A DNA stretch of 59,108 bases from a virus (Duplodnaviria; Caudoviricetes), in IMG/VR virus record IMGVR_UViG_3300039071_000013, positions 1-59,108 of that record; one strand, 5' to 3'. Both the position numbers and the translations under genes were made by a program. Under the pieces are notes generated by a model that did not search any database, was not told the origin of the DNA, and saw only the letters and a program-made list of their open reading frames with translations. This document shows, in pieces, positions 35,666 through 46,024 of the stretch (position 1 is the first letter of the stretch; every line of letters begins with the position of its first letter).

Positions 35666-38600
35666 TTACAGTAAAGTTGCCTGATGGGCGCACTGTGCAG
35701 TTTCCTGAGGGTACTCCCCCAGAAGCTATTGAAGAGGCATTGCGTAGAGACTTCCCTCAACAGGAGGACTCTCTTGAAGCTACACAACCTGCTGCAGCAG
35801 AAGAGGCCCCTGTAACTGTGGCAGAGGCTCCTAATGCTATGGAAACCTTCCAAGAAGACTACGATTTTACTGGCACTTTTACTAAACCCTCCGAAGAAGA
35901 TCAAGCACTGCTTGATGAGGCGCTCCCTAACACTCAACCTAAAACTGGTCTAACTCCCACGTCTGTTCTTGAAGATGCTGAGGCTATGCAGAATATTCGC
36001 AAGTACATGATCCGTTTGCAGGGTAAGAGTGCAGATGTCTCTGATGAAGAGATGGTTGAAGACTTTTTGTCCCACAGTCGTAAGTTTGCAGCAGGTCAGT
36101 CTGTTGTGACTCTGGGGGAACTCTTCTCCTTACAGAAGGCTGATGAAGAGACCCTAGCAATTGCTTATAATGCCTACGATACCTTTGATAGGTTTGAGGG
36201 TGTTTTTAGTGATGACTACACTTGGGGCGAGATGTTTGATGGTATGGGTAGCTATGCTCGTGCTGTCATCATTGACCCTACGAACCTCCTTGGAGTTGGT
36301 GTGGGCCGTCTGATTGCTGGTGGTAGCTCTAAGGCTGGCACTGTTGCACTCAAGGCTGTTGCACAAGAGGCTGCTGAGAAGCAGATGAAAAAGACCCTAG
36401 TTAAGAAGCTGGGGGCCAAGGGTGCTAGGACTGTCCTAGAGAAACAGGCTGCAGGAGAGGCCCTCACGACACCTGCTCAGAAGGCTGCTGTGGGTTCCGC
36501 TACTCAAGCCTCTAGATTGGCTGAAAGAGAAGTTCTGCGTAAAGCAGCCACTACCTCTACCGTCAGTTCTGCCCTCAAAAACCAAGCACTCAAAGAGACT
36601 GCAATCGCAACAGGGGTAGACTCTGCTGTGGCCGTTGGTATTGATGCCGCCTATCAGGAAGGAATGATGCTCGTTGGCAGACAGGAAGAGTATGACGCCG
36701 TACAGTCTGGTCTTGCTGCTCTTGGTGGTGTCGTGGGTGGTTCTATCGCCTATGGTGTTGCTCGTCGTCCTAGTGCTCTCACTAGACAGTCTGAGGGCAT
36801 TCTTTCTGCCGCACAGAAGTACAACCCCATTGACACACCTGCACAGGAAGCCGCTAAGAAACTCTCCACTGGTGATGGTTTTATGGCAGACATAGAAAAA
36901 AACTTCACCACGTTTTCGGAAAGAGTTTCTGAGGGTCGTTCTTTGACAGAGGAGGGAGACCTTCTGCGTGGAGTGAATGAACAAGAGTTTTTCCGTATGT
37001 TCATGCTTGGTAATGACAAGCTTGGTGTCAGAGGTTTGGCCCACTCTATGAAGGATTTGGGGGTACAACTCCCTAACAGACCTCGCTACGAGGGGGACAA
37101 TGTGACCTCTTTCATGGCAGACACACTGGAAAGATTGCCAAAGGAGCAGCTTGATAGATTCGAAGAATTGTTCAGGGAGAATGTAGGTAAGCATCTACCT
37201 AACTACAAAGACGCATCCATGAAGGATGTTGCAAACCTGATGTCTTACCAAACCAGTGTCGCTGCTCAACAGTTGCAAATCTTCTCTAAGGTTAAGGACA
37301 TCCTTGGTGTTGCTGTTGGGGAGAAAGGAGAGTTCTTGGATGCTACGGTTGAGGATGCCGTGAATGCTTTGAACCCTGCTATGGGTTTGAACAACCCTAT
37401 GTTCTCCAAATTTCAAAAAGCGGCAGATGATTTGCAGGACAAGCCCCGGCCTATCTCGTATTACCAAAATCTTCTTGTGCAGACGATTGTTACCCATCCG
37501 GGAACCACTGCATTGAACATTAAGGGTTCAGTTTTCAGGGGTGCTATTGATACTGTATCTGATTTTGCAGAGGGTGCCTTGTACACAGGTTACGGCATGA
37601 GAGGTTTTGTTACAGGCAACATGGACGACCTGAAAAAGGGTGTGGGTATTATGAAAGCCGCTGCAAGACGTACTGTGCAGTTGGTACCTTCACGTGCCAC
37701 CCTCTCAGAGGCTGAAGACTATATTGCTCTGAGACCAGAGGTAGAGGATGTATTGTTTCGATTCCGCAGTGGTGGGGTGGAAAATGCAGACGTATACAAA
37801 GCCTTTAATATGGACAAGGCAGGTAAGTTCAATCAGGGTACTGCTAAAGCCCTAGAGGCATATAAAAACTTTGGACAAAAGGTTTACCTCACAGAGATTC
37901 AGGATCGTCTTTTCAAGAACCTGAACATGATGTACTACCTCGACAAGAACATTGAGATTGAGTTTGGCATGAGCTACAAGAAGTTCATCCAACAACCCAA
38001 TGCTGCAGAAATCATGCAGAGTGAACGGTATCTTGCTCGGGAATTTAAGGCTGTAGAAGAGACTCTCTCCTCTGTCTTTGCAAAATCCTATAGCTCTCGT
38101 GACACACTCTCTGAGAACCCCCTCAGCTATGCTGCAACTTTCATTGAAGACATTAGGAAAATTCCTATTGTGGGTGCTGCTGTTCCTTTTGGACAGTTCT
38201 TCAACAACACTATAGACATGATGGCAGACTACACGGGGGCAAAACTCCTGTATAGAGCTTTCGGTGCAGGTGAGGGTAGGACCAAAGAAGCTATCATGGA
38301 GTCCATGGCAAAGGGTGCTGTTGGTTGGGCTGCAATCTGGAACATGTCTAGCACTGAGATGAACTACGTCGATGAAGGTCTCGGTGTTTTTGAAGCAAGA
38401 GACAGCGATGGTCAGGTAGTTTCAAAGCAGTACGACTTCCCAGAGTCTTTCTTCAAAGGCATGGCCCGTGTCGTTGCGTATAAGCGTATGGACCAAGAAG
38501 TACCAGATGAATTGGTGCAGAACCTTACAGAGACCTTTGGTCCTGAAAACCTTTTCCGCAGTGCAGGTCAGGGTGTTGAGAAGTTCAAAGACTACTTCGG

Positions 38601-39387
38601 TGGAACTCTTGATAATGGCGTCGTTGAGGGTGCAAAGAACATCGTCGAGGCTGTCGGTGCTATCGGTGGTTCTGCTTGGATCAGTGGGTTCACTCGTCCT
38701 CTTGATCCCTTGAACCAGATGGCAGGTTTCTTTAAAGAGGAGGGAGCTACAATTCTTGACCGTCGTCAGGGCTTCCGTGCGCTCAACGAGTCTGCCAGAT
38801 ACATTGACCAGTTCCCCGGTGTTAGTGAGGGTTTGATGTCTCTTGGTTCAGAGGAACGCAGTGTTGCCTCTCGCGCTGCTCCTGTTGGAGAAGTAGGTAA
38901 GCTTGTCGGCTATCGTACAATCCCAGAACAGTCTTACACTCAGCGTATGATGAATGGTATTGAACGGCAAGAATGGCAGTCTGGTTTTGCTGGATTGCAG
39001 AGTACAGGTAGCCCTGAGCTTGACAATAGACTGAACTCTTTTATCTTTGACCATATTGAACCTCGTGCTGCAAGGCTGTTGCTTGGGCCACGCTGGAAAG
39101 ATATGAACATCAACGAGAGACAGAAAGCTGTGGACCTTGCATGGCAGGAAGCTAGAAAGGCTGCGCGTAGGAACCTCTTGAGTTCCCCTGATGTAGAGGA
39201 TTTTAAACTGCTCATGGCTGACAAAGCAATCTCCAAGGCAGGCTCTCAGAAGGCCCTTTCAAGAGCTATGAGTGAATTGGGTTTGAGTGGGGACATCACC
39301 GATTACGATGCCTTCCAGATACAAGCAGTAATTCAAGAGCTTGATAAGATCGAAAGGTCAGACCTACTGGCTCCTTACAAAGAATGA
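35662..39387 (+). CDS. Large internal virion/ejection protein
   Basis: 1241 aa, last late gene; DPTNLLGVG and PFGQFFNN motifs. Confidence 0.75.
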   Translation: MITVKLPDGRTVQFPEGTPPEAIEEALRRDFPQQEDSLEATQPAAAEEAPVTVAEAPNAMETFQEDYDFTGTFTKPSEEDQALLDEALPNTQPKTGLTPTSVLEDAEAMQNIRKYMIRLQGKSADVSDEEMVEDFLSHSRKFAAGQSVVTLGELFSLQKADEETLAIAYNAYDTFDRFEGVFSDDYTWGEMFDGMGSYARAVIIDPTNLLGVGVGRLIAGGSSKAGTVALKAVAQEAAEKQMKKTLVKKLGAKGARTVLEKQAAGEALTTPAQKAAVGSATQASRLAEREVLRKAATTSTVSSALKNQALKETAIATGVDSAVAVGIDAAYQEGMMLVGRQEEYDAVQSGLAALGGVVGGSIAYGVARRPSALTRQSEGILSAAQKYNPIDTPAQEAAKKLSTGDGFMADIEKNFTTFSERVSEGRSLTEEGDLLRGVNEQEFFRMFMLGNDKLGVRGLAHSMKDLGVQLPNRPRYEGDNVTSFMADTLERLPKEQLDRFEELFRENVGKHLPNYKDASMKDVANLMSYQTSVAAQQLQIFSKVKDILGVAVGEKGEFLDATVEDAVNALNPAMGLNNPMFSKFQKAADDLQDKPRPISYYQNLLVQTIVTHPGTTALNIKGSVFRGAIDTVSDFAEGALYTGYGMRGFVTGNMDDLKKGVGIMKAAARRTVQLVPSRATLSEAEDYIALRPEVEDVLFRFRSGGVENADVYKAFNMDKAGKFNQGTAKALEAYKNFGQKVYLTEIQDRLFKNLNMMYYLDKNIEIEFGMSYKKFIQQPNAAEIMQSERYLAREFKAVEETLSSVFAKSYSSRDTLSENPLSYAATFIEDIRKIPIVGAAVPFGQFFNNTIDMMADYTGAKLLYRAFGAGEGRTKEAIMESMAKGAVGWAAIWNMSSTEMNYVDEGLGVFEARDSDGQVVSKQYDFPESFFKGMARVVAYKRMDQEVPDELVQNLTETFGPENLFRSAGQGVEKFKDYFGGTLDNGVVEGAKNIVEAVGAIGGSAWISGFTRPLDPLNQMAGFFKEEGATILDRRQGFRALNESARYIDQFPGVSEGLMSLGSEERSVASRAAPVGEVGKLVGYRTIPEQSYTQRMMNGIERQEWQSGFAGLQSTGSPELDNRLNSFIFDHIEPRAARLLLGPRWKDMNINERQKAVDLAWQEARKAARRNLLSSPDVEDFKLLMADKAISKAGSQKALSRAMSELGLSGDITDYDAFQIQAVIQELDKIERSDLLAPYKE

Positions 39388-39398
39388 TACAAAAAGTA

Positions 39399-39418
39399 AA
39401 GGCCCCTCGCGGGGCCTT
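39399..39418. terminator. Bidirectional terminator between convergent blocks
   Basis: AAGGCCCC-TCGC-GGGGCCTT with A-rich and T-rich flanks. Confidence 0.75.
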
Positions 39419-39429
39419 CTTCATTAGGT

Positions 39430-39624
39430 TTAATCTTCAAGCATGTAGTCAGCCCACTCTTCGGCTTCTCTCTTGATCTCTTCCCTTCTTACGAGGCCAG
39501 TAGACCTTGAGAGGAGTGCATTCATGGCCATTCCCATCAAGTAGATTTTGGAAGTCATGGGCTTGGGAGGGACACTATGCCTCTTCTTTGCTCTGAACTC
39601 CTTGGCCTCTTCTTCGATGTTCAT
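39430..39624 (-). CDS. Hypothetical protein
   Basis: Start at MNIEEEAK; YLMGMAMNALL. Confidence 0.65.
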   Translation of the reverse strand: MNIEEEAKEFRAKKRHSVPPKPMTSKIYLMGMAMNALLSRSTGLVRREEIKREAEEWADYMLED

Positions 39625-39766
39625 TGTCTCTGACCCACTCCAAGTTTCGAGAGTAGGCTTTGTTGAATCCAAACTCCCAGTCTCTGTACTTTGTTGTGTC
39701 CTTGTGGTACGGGTTTGTGGTCTGCCCTTTGCCAAAATCTTTGTATCCTTGTTCAAATGCGTTCAT
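39575..39766 (-). CDS. Small protein resembling phage Rmf-like family
   Basis: AFEQGY...NPY...W..GF pattern. Confidence 0.5.
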   Translation of the reverse strand: MNAFEQGYKDFGKGQTTNPYHKDTTKYRDWEFGFNKAYSRNLEWVRDNEHRRRGQGVQSKEEA

Positions 39767-39830
39767 CAGTCGTCTCCATTGAGCGCCCAGATTGTAAATA
39801 CTACCAGTGCTAAGAGCAGCAAACCCTCAG

Positions 39831-40070
39831 TCATACTTGCTTCTCCATGAAAGCTAGGAGCCGCTTGTGATACCACTCTGCCTTACGCAAGTCTTCTAGA
39901 CCATTCTTGTAACGCCAGCGATGATTGTACTTAGCAATGTTCCCACGCAGGTAACCAATGTACTCGTCTGGGCTGAGGAAATCTTCAATGTAGTCGATAC
40001 ACTCAATCTTCCCTTGGCCGTAGTGTGCAGGGCTATTCACCATGTCTGTCGTCGTCTGACTGTCTGTCAT
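39831..40070 (-). CDS. DUF3310 / T7 gp1.7-like protein
   Basis: VNSPAHY..G.IECID...GNIAKY..R..YKNG.EDL.KA.WY. Confidence 0.85.
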   Translation of the reverse strand: MTDSQTTTDMVNSPAHYGQGKIECIDYIEDFLSPDEYIGYLRGNIAKYNHRWRYKNGLEDLRKAEWYHKRLLAFMEKQV

Positions 40071-40774
40071 AGCTTCTCTTCCTCGAATGCCACGATCCAC
40101 TGCTTACAGATGTCACTGCGAACAATGTCATCCACTCCGAACTCAACGATAGGCACAGGCAGGTTGTGCTTCTTAACAAGATGGATAATCGCTGCTAGGC
40201 CCGACTTACCACCAATATCTGACTGCTTTATGTCACCGTTGATTACAACTTTACAATCTTTTCCAATCCGAGTCAAGAACATTTTGACCTCAGCGATGGA
40301 AGTGTTTTGTGCTTCGTCTAAGATAATGAAAGCATTCTTGAACGACCGTCCCCGCATAGTAGATAGGGGTGCCATTTCGATATTGCCATTCTTGATCCCA
40401 GTCTCTACCGTACCTTTGCCCAACTGCTCATTAAGAACATCAAGCACAGGTGCAGCCCAAGGAGCAAACTTCTCTTCGAGTGTACCGGGGAAGTAGCCCA
40501 AGTCCTTACCTACAGAGACGTTGGGGCGGGTCAGAATGATCTTGGTGATCTCTCTGTTGGCATACATGTTGGCTGCATAGGTAGCTGCAATGAAGGTCTT
40601 ACCTGTACCAGAGAACCCACAAACAATCACCTGATCTGAGCCATCCAGATGTTTGAGGTAGAGTGCTTGATTGTCGTTGAGTGGCTTAATGGCAACAGTA
40701 CGCATTGCGCCTTCTTGTTCAGCGTTCTTGTACCGTGATACCCGTTTGCCCTTAGGCTTCTCCAGAGTCATCAT
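40067..40774 (-). CDS. phoH: PhoH family ATPase
   Basis: GFSGTGKT, MRGRSF, ILDEAQN, LTRIG, GDIKQSD. Confidence 0.92.
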   Translation of the reverse strand: MMTLEKPKGKRVSRYKNAEQEGAMRTVAIKPLNDNQALYLKHLDGSDQVIVCGFSGTGKTFIAATYAANMYANREITKIILTRPNVSVGKDLGYFPGTLEEKFAPWAAPVLDVLNEQLGKGTVETGIKNGNIEMAPLSTMRGRSFKNAFIILDEAQNTSIAEVKMFLTRIGKDCKVVINGDIKQSDIGGKSGLAAIIHLVKKHNLPVPIVEFGVDDIVRSDICKQWIVAFEEEKL

Positions 40775-41006
40775 CAACCTCCACGTTTAAGATACCTTGT
40801 TTACCCAGATCAAGGAGCATCTGCACCACGACCTGTTCTATTTCATCTAAGTCCCTTTTAATCAACCAAGAGAGTAAGACGTTCGCTGTGAGTCCAGCTA
40901 GGATAGCTATTTCAACGGTCACTGTGTGCTCCACAAGGGTTTGTTGTGAACAGTTTACACACATGTTCAGGTGCTGACAAGAGGGGGCCTTGCGGCGCAG
41001 TCTCAA
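40752..41006 (-). CDS. Small membrane protein (start uncertain)
   Basis: Hydrophobic segment IAILAGLTANVLLSWLI. Confidence 0.45.
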   Translation of the reverse strand: MRLRRKAPSCQHLNMCVNCSQQTLVEHTVTVEIAILAGLTANVLLSWLIKRDLDEIEQVVVQMLLDLGKQGILNVEVDDDSGEA

Positions 41007-42913
41007 GTCAAGTCAACGATCTCACAAGAGCCAACACAGGCAAAGGTTTGAGTCCCTTTGGAAGTGTCTTCTTTCTCGTAATCACTCAGCTTAGTCCAAT
41101 CAATCTTCGGTGGCATGACAGCAAGTAGGTCTTCATACTCCCGTTGATTGATCTCCTGATAGGGTGCCTGTTGGTAGCTGTGGTCAGAGTGCGGCAAGAA
41201 AGACACACCAGATACTTCATCGAAGTACTTATAGACCCAAGCACCAACCTCCATCCACTCATTGTCACGAACAGTCACCGTGATAGAAGGCTTATGCTCA
41301 CACCAGTGACGCTGATAGACCAACCACAACTCCAACTGTTCGATAGCTGTCATGTCGTTACGGGTGATAGCACCTTCGGGAGACTTCTGTGGGAAGCTAA
41401 AGACTGTGGTAGTCTCAGGCTTAATCACACAAGGCTCACTAGGAATACCCTGATCCTTCATAAGCTGCGTCAGAGGGTCTTTGTTGTCACCCCTTACGGT
41501 GCGGATATAATACTGGCTGTGACGAGCATGAATACCAGAAGCGGAATCCACAAGCTGGCTAACAGTTCCGCTTGGTTTGACACAAGTAATGGCCGCACTA
41601 GCAGGAATACCAAGATGATTAGCCCACTCAGCGTTAGTAGCAACAGCGACATCCTTAAGACACTCCAAGACAGATTTCAGATCACGTTGAAGCTTATCAA
41701 CACCATTCAAGAATACGTTGTCCATGATGCCAGTCAACGACACACCCAACAGCCGCTCTTCCTCAGTGTTCTTCTGCCAAATCTTACGCAGATAGGGGAA
41801 GTGAGTGTACGTCGATTGGATAGTGCCAAGGATCGTAGCCAGCTTTACTTTCCGCTCCAAGTCCTCAAGTGTATCCGTAGCTCTGACCACGACTTCTGTG
41901 AGGTTACAGAACTGATACGGACGAAGGATAATTTCAGAGCACGGATTCGTACCAAAATCTTGGTTAGCATCACGACGACCATTCTTTCCAGCTTGTTTCT
42001 TAGATGCCTGACGAGAGAAGATACCACGCTCACCAGACTTGCTTTCCACCAGAGAGAGCCACTCACGCATGAAGGTTTCCATGTCAGGCTTCTCAGTGTA
42101 GGCCACAGAGTTGTTAGCCAAAGCACGTTGAGCATTACCTTCCCACCACATACCTGACTTAGCATGACGCATACGATCATCAGACAGGTTCGACAGAGAG
42201 ATCATTGCAGAGCGACGAACACCGCCAACCACAACAACTTCACCGATCTTACACATGATGTCGTGGCACTCAATCGAAGACAGCTTACGACCAGCAGCGC
42301 CCTTGAACTTCTCAATCGTGTACTGGAACAATTCTACCAGAGGGGCAGGACCAGATGCACGACCACCAAAGGTCTTGAGTTTAGCGCCAGCAGGACGAAC
42401 TTTAGACACATCCCACTTAGGGATTTCCCCTGCATAGAGCATAGCAATCAGCTTACGCAGAGCCTTAGCCCAACCCTCTTTGCTATCGTGGACAACGATC
42501 ACATCTTCCGAAGCAAACAGTTGCTCAGGAACCTCAGGCAGCTTGCTGATGTATTGACGCTCCACAGAGAAGCCAACACCAGTGCCACACAGGAGGATGA
42601 ACATAGCCTCGTCAAAGGATTTGGGGTCGTCCACAGGCAGGTAGGAACAGTTGTATCCAGCCGTGTTGTCACGCTCCAAGGCAGGGCCAGCAGTCATCAC
42701 AGCCCGCATCGAAGGCATAATCTCAAGACCAAGAATAGCCTCTTCGATTTCGTCAAGGATGATCTCGTCACGGGTTTTAGGTACAACAACATTAGTCATG
42801 TAGCGAGAGACAGTCTCACCCCAACCCTCACGCCGCTTATACTCTTCGAGCCAACGAGCATAGCGTGATGTGTGAATGAAGGACTGATAGTCAGTAGGCA
42901 GGTGGTTACTCAT
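41003..42913 (-). CDS. nrdJ: Class II (B12-dependent) ribonucleotide reductase
   Basis: NCS, GTNPCSEI, TCVKPSGT, C-terminal CxxxC; no beta-subunit gene seen. Confidence 0.9.
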   Translation of the reverse strand: MSNHLPTDYQSFIHTSRYARWLEEYKRREGWGETVSRYMTNVVVPKTRDEIILDEIEEAILGLEIMPSMRAVMTAGPALERDNTAGYNCSYLPVDDPKSFDEAMFILLCGTGVGFSVERQYISKLPEVPEQLFASEDVIVVHDSKEGWAKALRKLIAMLYAGEIPKWDVSKVRPAGAKLKTFGGRASGPAPLVELFQYTIEKFKGAAGRKLSSIECHDIMCKIGEVVVVGGVRRSAMISLSNLSDDRMRHAKSGMWWEGNAQRALANNSVAYTEKPDMETFMREWLSLVESKSGERGIFSRQASKKQAGKNGRRDANQDFGTNPCSEIILRPYQFCNLTEVVVRATDTLEDLERKVKLATILGTIQSTYTHFPYLRKIWQKNTEEERLLGVSLTGIMDNVFLNGVDKLQRDLKSVLECLKDVAVATNAEWANHLGIPASAAITCVKPSGTVSQLVDSASGIHARHSQYYIRTVRGDNKDPLTQLMKDQGIPSEPCVIKPETTTVFSFPQKSPEGAITRNDMTAIEQLELWLVYQRHWCEHKPSITVTVRDNEWMEVGAWVYKYFDEVSGVSFLPHSDHSYQQAPYQEINQREYEDLLAVMPPKIDWTKLSDYEKEDTSKGTQTFACVGSCEIVDLT

Positions 42914-42950
42914 TTTTTCACTTTCTTTTTGAGGCCAGTTCGATCACGAT

Positions 42951-43115
42951 CTAGCTCATTATGATTGCAACGCGATGTGCTTGCACCACGATACGGTTTG
43001 TGCTGAGGTCATACTTGGCTGTCAGTGGGTTCTGGATGGACCAGTCAACCAATACAACTGGAACCCCCTTGTCCTGCACTTTCTGCAGCTTGTCGATAAG
43101 CTCTTGCACTGTCAT
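42951..43115 (-). CDS. Small hypothetical protein (54 aa)
   Basis: Read manually (MTVQELIDKLQ...); TTGACA-N16-TAAAAC directly upstream. Confidence 0.6.
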   Translation of the reverse strand: MTVQELIDKLQKVQDKGVPVVLVDWSIQNPLTAKYDLSTNRIVVQAHRVAIIMS

Positions 43116-43173
43116 GTGATCGAACCGAGTAGTTTTAGTCCAATGAAGGGAGTTGTCAAGAGATAGATCGACA

Positions 43174-43560
43174 TCAGATCAAATCCTTTAAGTAGACCGC
43201 AGGGTAGTCAGGGTTCTTTATGATCTTCCCATCCTCCCTTCGCTTGACAGTCCCATCCGGCTGCACACAACGACCAAGATTGTTGTCATGCACACGCTCC
43301 ACAGCCTCGTCCAGATTGTATCCAGCGGCATGGGCATAGCCGTAGATCACATACACAAGGTCTGCAAGCTCCTTCAAGTCCTTTACGGTGTGTGGCGCTT
43401 CTTTACACCACTCCTCGTACTCCTCACAGATCAATCTCTGATACAGGGCCACATCAGGTTTTTGATCCAGAACTTTAGAGAACTCCCTCACCATAGCGGA
43501 GGGGGTGTAGTGCTTCTCTTGTTCAAAGTAGTCTAGTCCTGTGTCTTTCCACTTAGCCAT
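43174..43560 (-). CDS. MazG/PRA-PH-like nucleotide pyrophosphohydrolase
   Basis: EEYEE...KELADLVYV...REDGKIIK. Confidence 0.85.
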   Translation of the reverse strand: MAKWKDTGLDYFEQEKHYTPSAMVREFSKVLDQKPDVALYQRLICEEYEEWCKEAPHTVKDLKELADLVYVIYGYAHAAGYNLDEAVERVHDNNLGRCVQPDGTVKRREDGKIIKNPDYPAVYLKDLI

Positions 43561-43717
43561 TTCCTGCCTCCATTACATCCAGTGTGTGCAGCGTCAGATC
43601 ATCAATATCAAACACTGCTGATTCAATCAAGCTGTAGACATTCTCCATCTCGTCGTCGGTACCAGCAAAGGCTGCTTCGGGATGGACTTCAACAAGGATT
43701 GTCACTTCGTAGTTCAT
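43553..43717 (-). CDS. Small acidic protein (54 aa)
   Basis: Read manually (MNYEVTILVEV...); overlaps both neighbours. Confidence 0.65.
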   Translation of the reverse strand: MNYEVTILVEVHPEAAFAGTDDEMENVYSLIESAVFDIDDLTLHTLDVMEAGNG

Positions 43718-44493
43718 TCAGCATACTCTCGCATGATCTGGTTGAGGGAAACAAACTCAGGCTCGTACATGCCATCCTCCAACTCACGCTTCACCACAAC
43801 ACCGTGCCACCACTGTCTGTTTGCCTGCCCAGCCCAGTGCTCCTCTGCGCCCTTATAGCAGCCCACCACGAGGCCAATGTTGCCATGAGGTAGCCCACCA
43901 TCCTTGAAGTACATGTCACGCTTGTGAGAGTGCCCACAGGTGGCAGAACAGCCAAGGTTATTCACCATCGTATAAGCGTGATGGATGCCGCTAGTAGCAG
44001 TAGAAGAATTACCAGAAGTGAAGTAGTGCGCGTAGGCCACCTTGTCGTAGAGGGCGATGGCTGGTCCACTGTTTTCATACTCGTGGTATTCGTCGAAGTA
44101 GTGGTCTGTTTGAAGATGGCTAAAGGAAACCCCGTACTTTTCTCCCTCATTCCTTGGGTTAAGGGCGAGGTACTTTTTAATTCGGTTCTCGTGGTTTCCT
44201 TCGAATCCCACCCAAAAAGGTCGCTTCTTCCGGTGATGTCTGAACGGATGTCGGAGGAGTTCTTGGGCTGTGTTGTAGGACTCAATGTCCTTCTCATAGC
44301 TCTGTGTAGCCAGTGCTTTAGGGTATCTTTCATCATAGCTGTTGAGAGACCTCATGTCTGCTCCATCACCCAAATCAAACACCATGTCTGGCTTGAGATC
44401 ATAGAGGAAATTTCCCAGTGCTTTGAACCGCAGGCTGCTTGTTGCAGGGTCGGCATGTGCACACGAGAATACTACGACTGTTTTAGTAGCCAT
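43714..44493 (-). CDS. Calcineurin-like metallophosphoesterase
   Basis: GDGAD, GNHE and GHSH motifs. Confidence 0.85.
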   Translation of the reverse strand: MATKTVVVFSCAHADPATSSLRFKALGNFLYDLKPDMVFDLGDGADMRSLNSYDERYPKALATQSYEKDIESYNTAQELLRHPFRHHRKKRPFWVGFEGNHENRIKKYLALNPRNEGEKYGVSFSHLQTDHYFDEYHEYENSGPAIALYDKVAYAHYFTSGNSSTATSGIHHAYTMVNNLGCSATCGHSHKRDMYFKDGGLPHGNIGLVVGCYKGAEEHWAGQANRQWWHGVVVKRELEDGMYEPEFVSLNQIMREYAE

Positions 44494-44494
44494 A

Positions 44495-44767
44495 CTAAGG
44501 CTCCTTGTTGTTGAGAACGATTGGGTACAGGTTGGTCTGGAAGTGCTTCACCAAGACATACGCCTCGTCGAGATCATCAAACCAGAACTCTGCATCAAAC
44601 ACATCTTCACCACGGGAAACTTTCAGAATCAGCATCGTCGATTCAGGCGGGAACCCGCAGTCTGGGATTTCTTTTGCAGAGAATGGTCCCTCTACGACAC
44701 CCCAGAGTAGTGTTTGGTCAGGCTTTTCTTCTTCTTTTGAGAACTTCTTTCGTAGCCAGTTGAACAT
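44495..44767 (-). CDS. Hypothetical protein
   Basis: Start at MFNWLRKK; WGVVEGP. Confidence 0.65.
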   Translation of the reverse strand: MFNWLRKKFSKEEEKPDQTLLWGVVEGPFSAKEIPDCGFPPESTMLILKVSRGEDVFDAEFWFDDLDEAYVLVKHFQTNLYPIVLNNKEP

Positions 44768-45173
44768 TCTTGTCGCCTTTCTCTGAGACCCAAGACTCTG
44801 GGATAAGTTTGTCTGCGAAGATGAAGCCATATTTGTTACACCAGTCAGCGTAAGAGGTGGATGATCCCTTGTTGATCTTTGCAGAACTGTTGGAGAACAC
44901 AAACCTAATATCTAACTCTGGTCTCTGGGATTGCAAGAGCAAGTGCTTCTTCCTGTCTGCCAGAACAAACCTCCCCTTGGTTTCGACGATGATCCCATTG
45001 GGAAGCACGAAGTCAGGTGAGTACTTGTGAGAGCTTTCTGGAATGACATAGGGGATTTTGTAGGCTTCATACTCTACTTTGATCCCCAGTGTCTCCAGTT
45101 GTTGAGCAACTCTGCCCTCCAAGCCCGACCTGTAACCCCTAGCTTCGGGTGAAACTTTGGGTCTTCTACTCAC
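44718..45173 (-). CDS. T7 gp3-like endonuclease I (Holliday junction resolvase)
   Basis: YRSGLE, YSPDF, ETKGRF..DRKKHL, DIRFVF. Confidence 0.9.
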   Translation of the reverse strand: MSRRPKVSPEARGYRSGLEGRVAQQLETLGIKVEYEAYKIPYVIPESSHKYSPDFVLPNGIIVETKGRFVLADRKKHLLLQSQRPELDIRFVFSNSSAKINKGSSTSYADWCNKYGFIFADKLIPESWVSEKGDKNVQLATKEVLKRRRKA

Positions 45174-46024
45174 TCAATTAACTCCGTCACTCGGGGTTCA
45201 TTAACGACATCAACCATGAATACTGGTCCGGTAGAGTATAGAAAAGTTCTGGCTTCTGGCCAACATACCTTCCTAAAGTCGCAGTACCCACAAGTAGTAG
45301 AGAGCACCGTGTTCTCAGAAGTCTTAGATTGAGGGACAGGTGGAATACGATCCTCTGGGATTGACCCAGCAACCAGCTTCTTGACTCTCTCAATCTCTTC
45401 TTCCTTCTTGGCAATCTCTTCTGTGAAGTCGTAACGATCCAAGCAGAGTTTGAACCTGTCCTTCTGAACGACAAGGAAAGCACCCTCGGTCTTGTTCTTC
45501 ACCAGAGGATCATCCTTGCCTGCGTAGACATACGAACTCAACTGGCTGATGTACCCGAAGGGATCGTCTTCTCGCAGGTTGTGCTTACGGAACTTCTCAA
45601 ACCCATACTTGGATGCAGACTTAACATCGACTGTCACCCCATCAATCACAGCGTCACGAGAGCCGGGGATACCGAAGACTTCAACCCTGTCCTGCATACC
45701 CTCGACACTGTGTCCTGCTGCCTTTGCCAGTGACAGCACGAGGGCTTCGAGTAAGTCTCCGTAGAAGAAGGTTCCAAGAGCCTCGGCAGTGAGTGGCTCT
45801 GAGGATTCGGTTTGGTTGATCTTGTACCACAGCCTACGGTCACAGGGTGAGCCTATGCCAGAGAGACTGAGGTAATCTCGGGGGACTTGCTCCTGAGAAA
45901 ACCTAGCCTCTGCGATACTAGAAAGGGAGGACGAGAAGAACTCTGTGACAGTTGCATCCCACCCTCCCTTCCCTTCGACAACCCTGTAGATGTCCTCTAC
46001 GATGGTGTCTAGGTTTTTACTCAA
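45170..46024 (-). CDS. PD-(D/E)xK exonuclease
   Basis: C.RRLWY, D...DVKS, Q...Y, CGYC...C. Confidence 0.8.
   Translation of the reverse strand: MSKNLDTIVEDIYRVVEGKGGWDATVTEFFSSSLSSIAEARFSQEQVPRDYLSLSGIGSPCDRRLWYKINQTESSEPLTAEALGTFFYGDLLEALVLSLAKAAGHSVEGMQDRVEVFGIPGSRDAVIDGVTVDVKSASKYGFEKFRKHNLREDDPFGYISQLSSYVYAGKDDPLVKNKTEGAFLVVQKDRFKLCLDRYDFTEEIAKKEEEIERVKKLVAGSIPEDRIPPVPQSKTSENTVLSTTCGYCDFRKVCWPEARTFLYSTGPVFMVDVVNEPRVTELIE

Noticed and set aside
35662-39387. Virion or T7-like RNA polymerase
   Set aside because: No DxxGR, motif B or DxDGD-type signatures recognised; promoters look host sigma70-like
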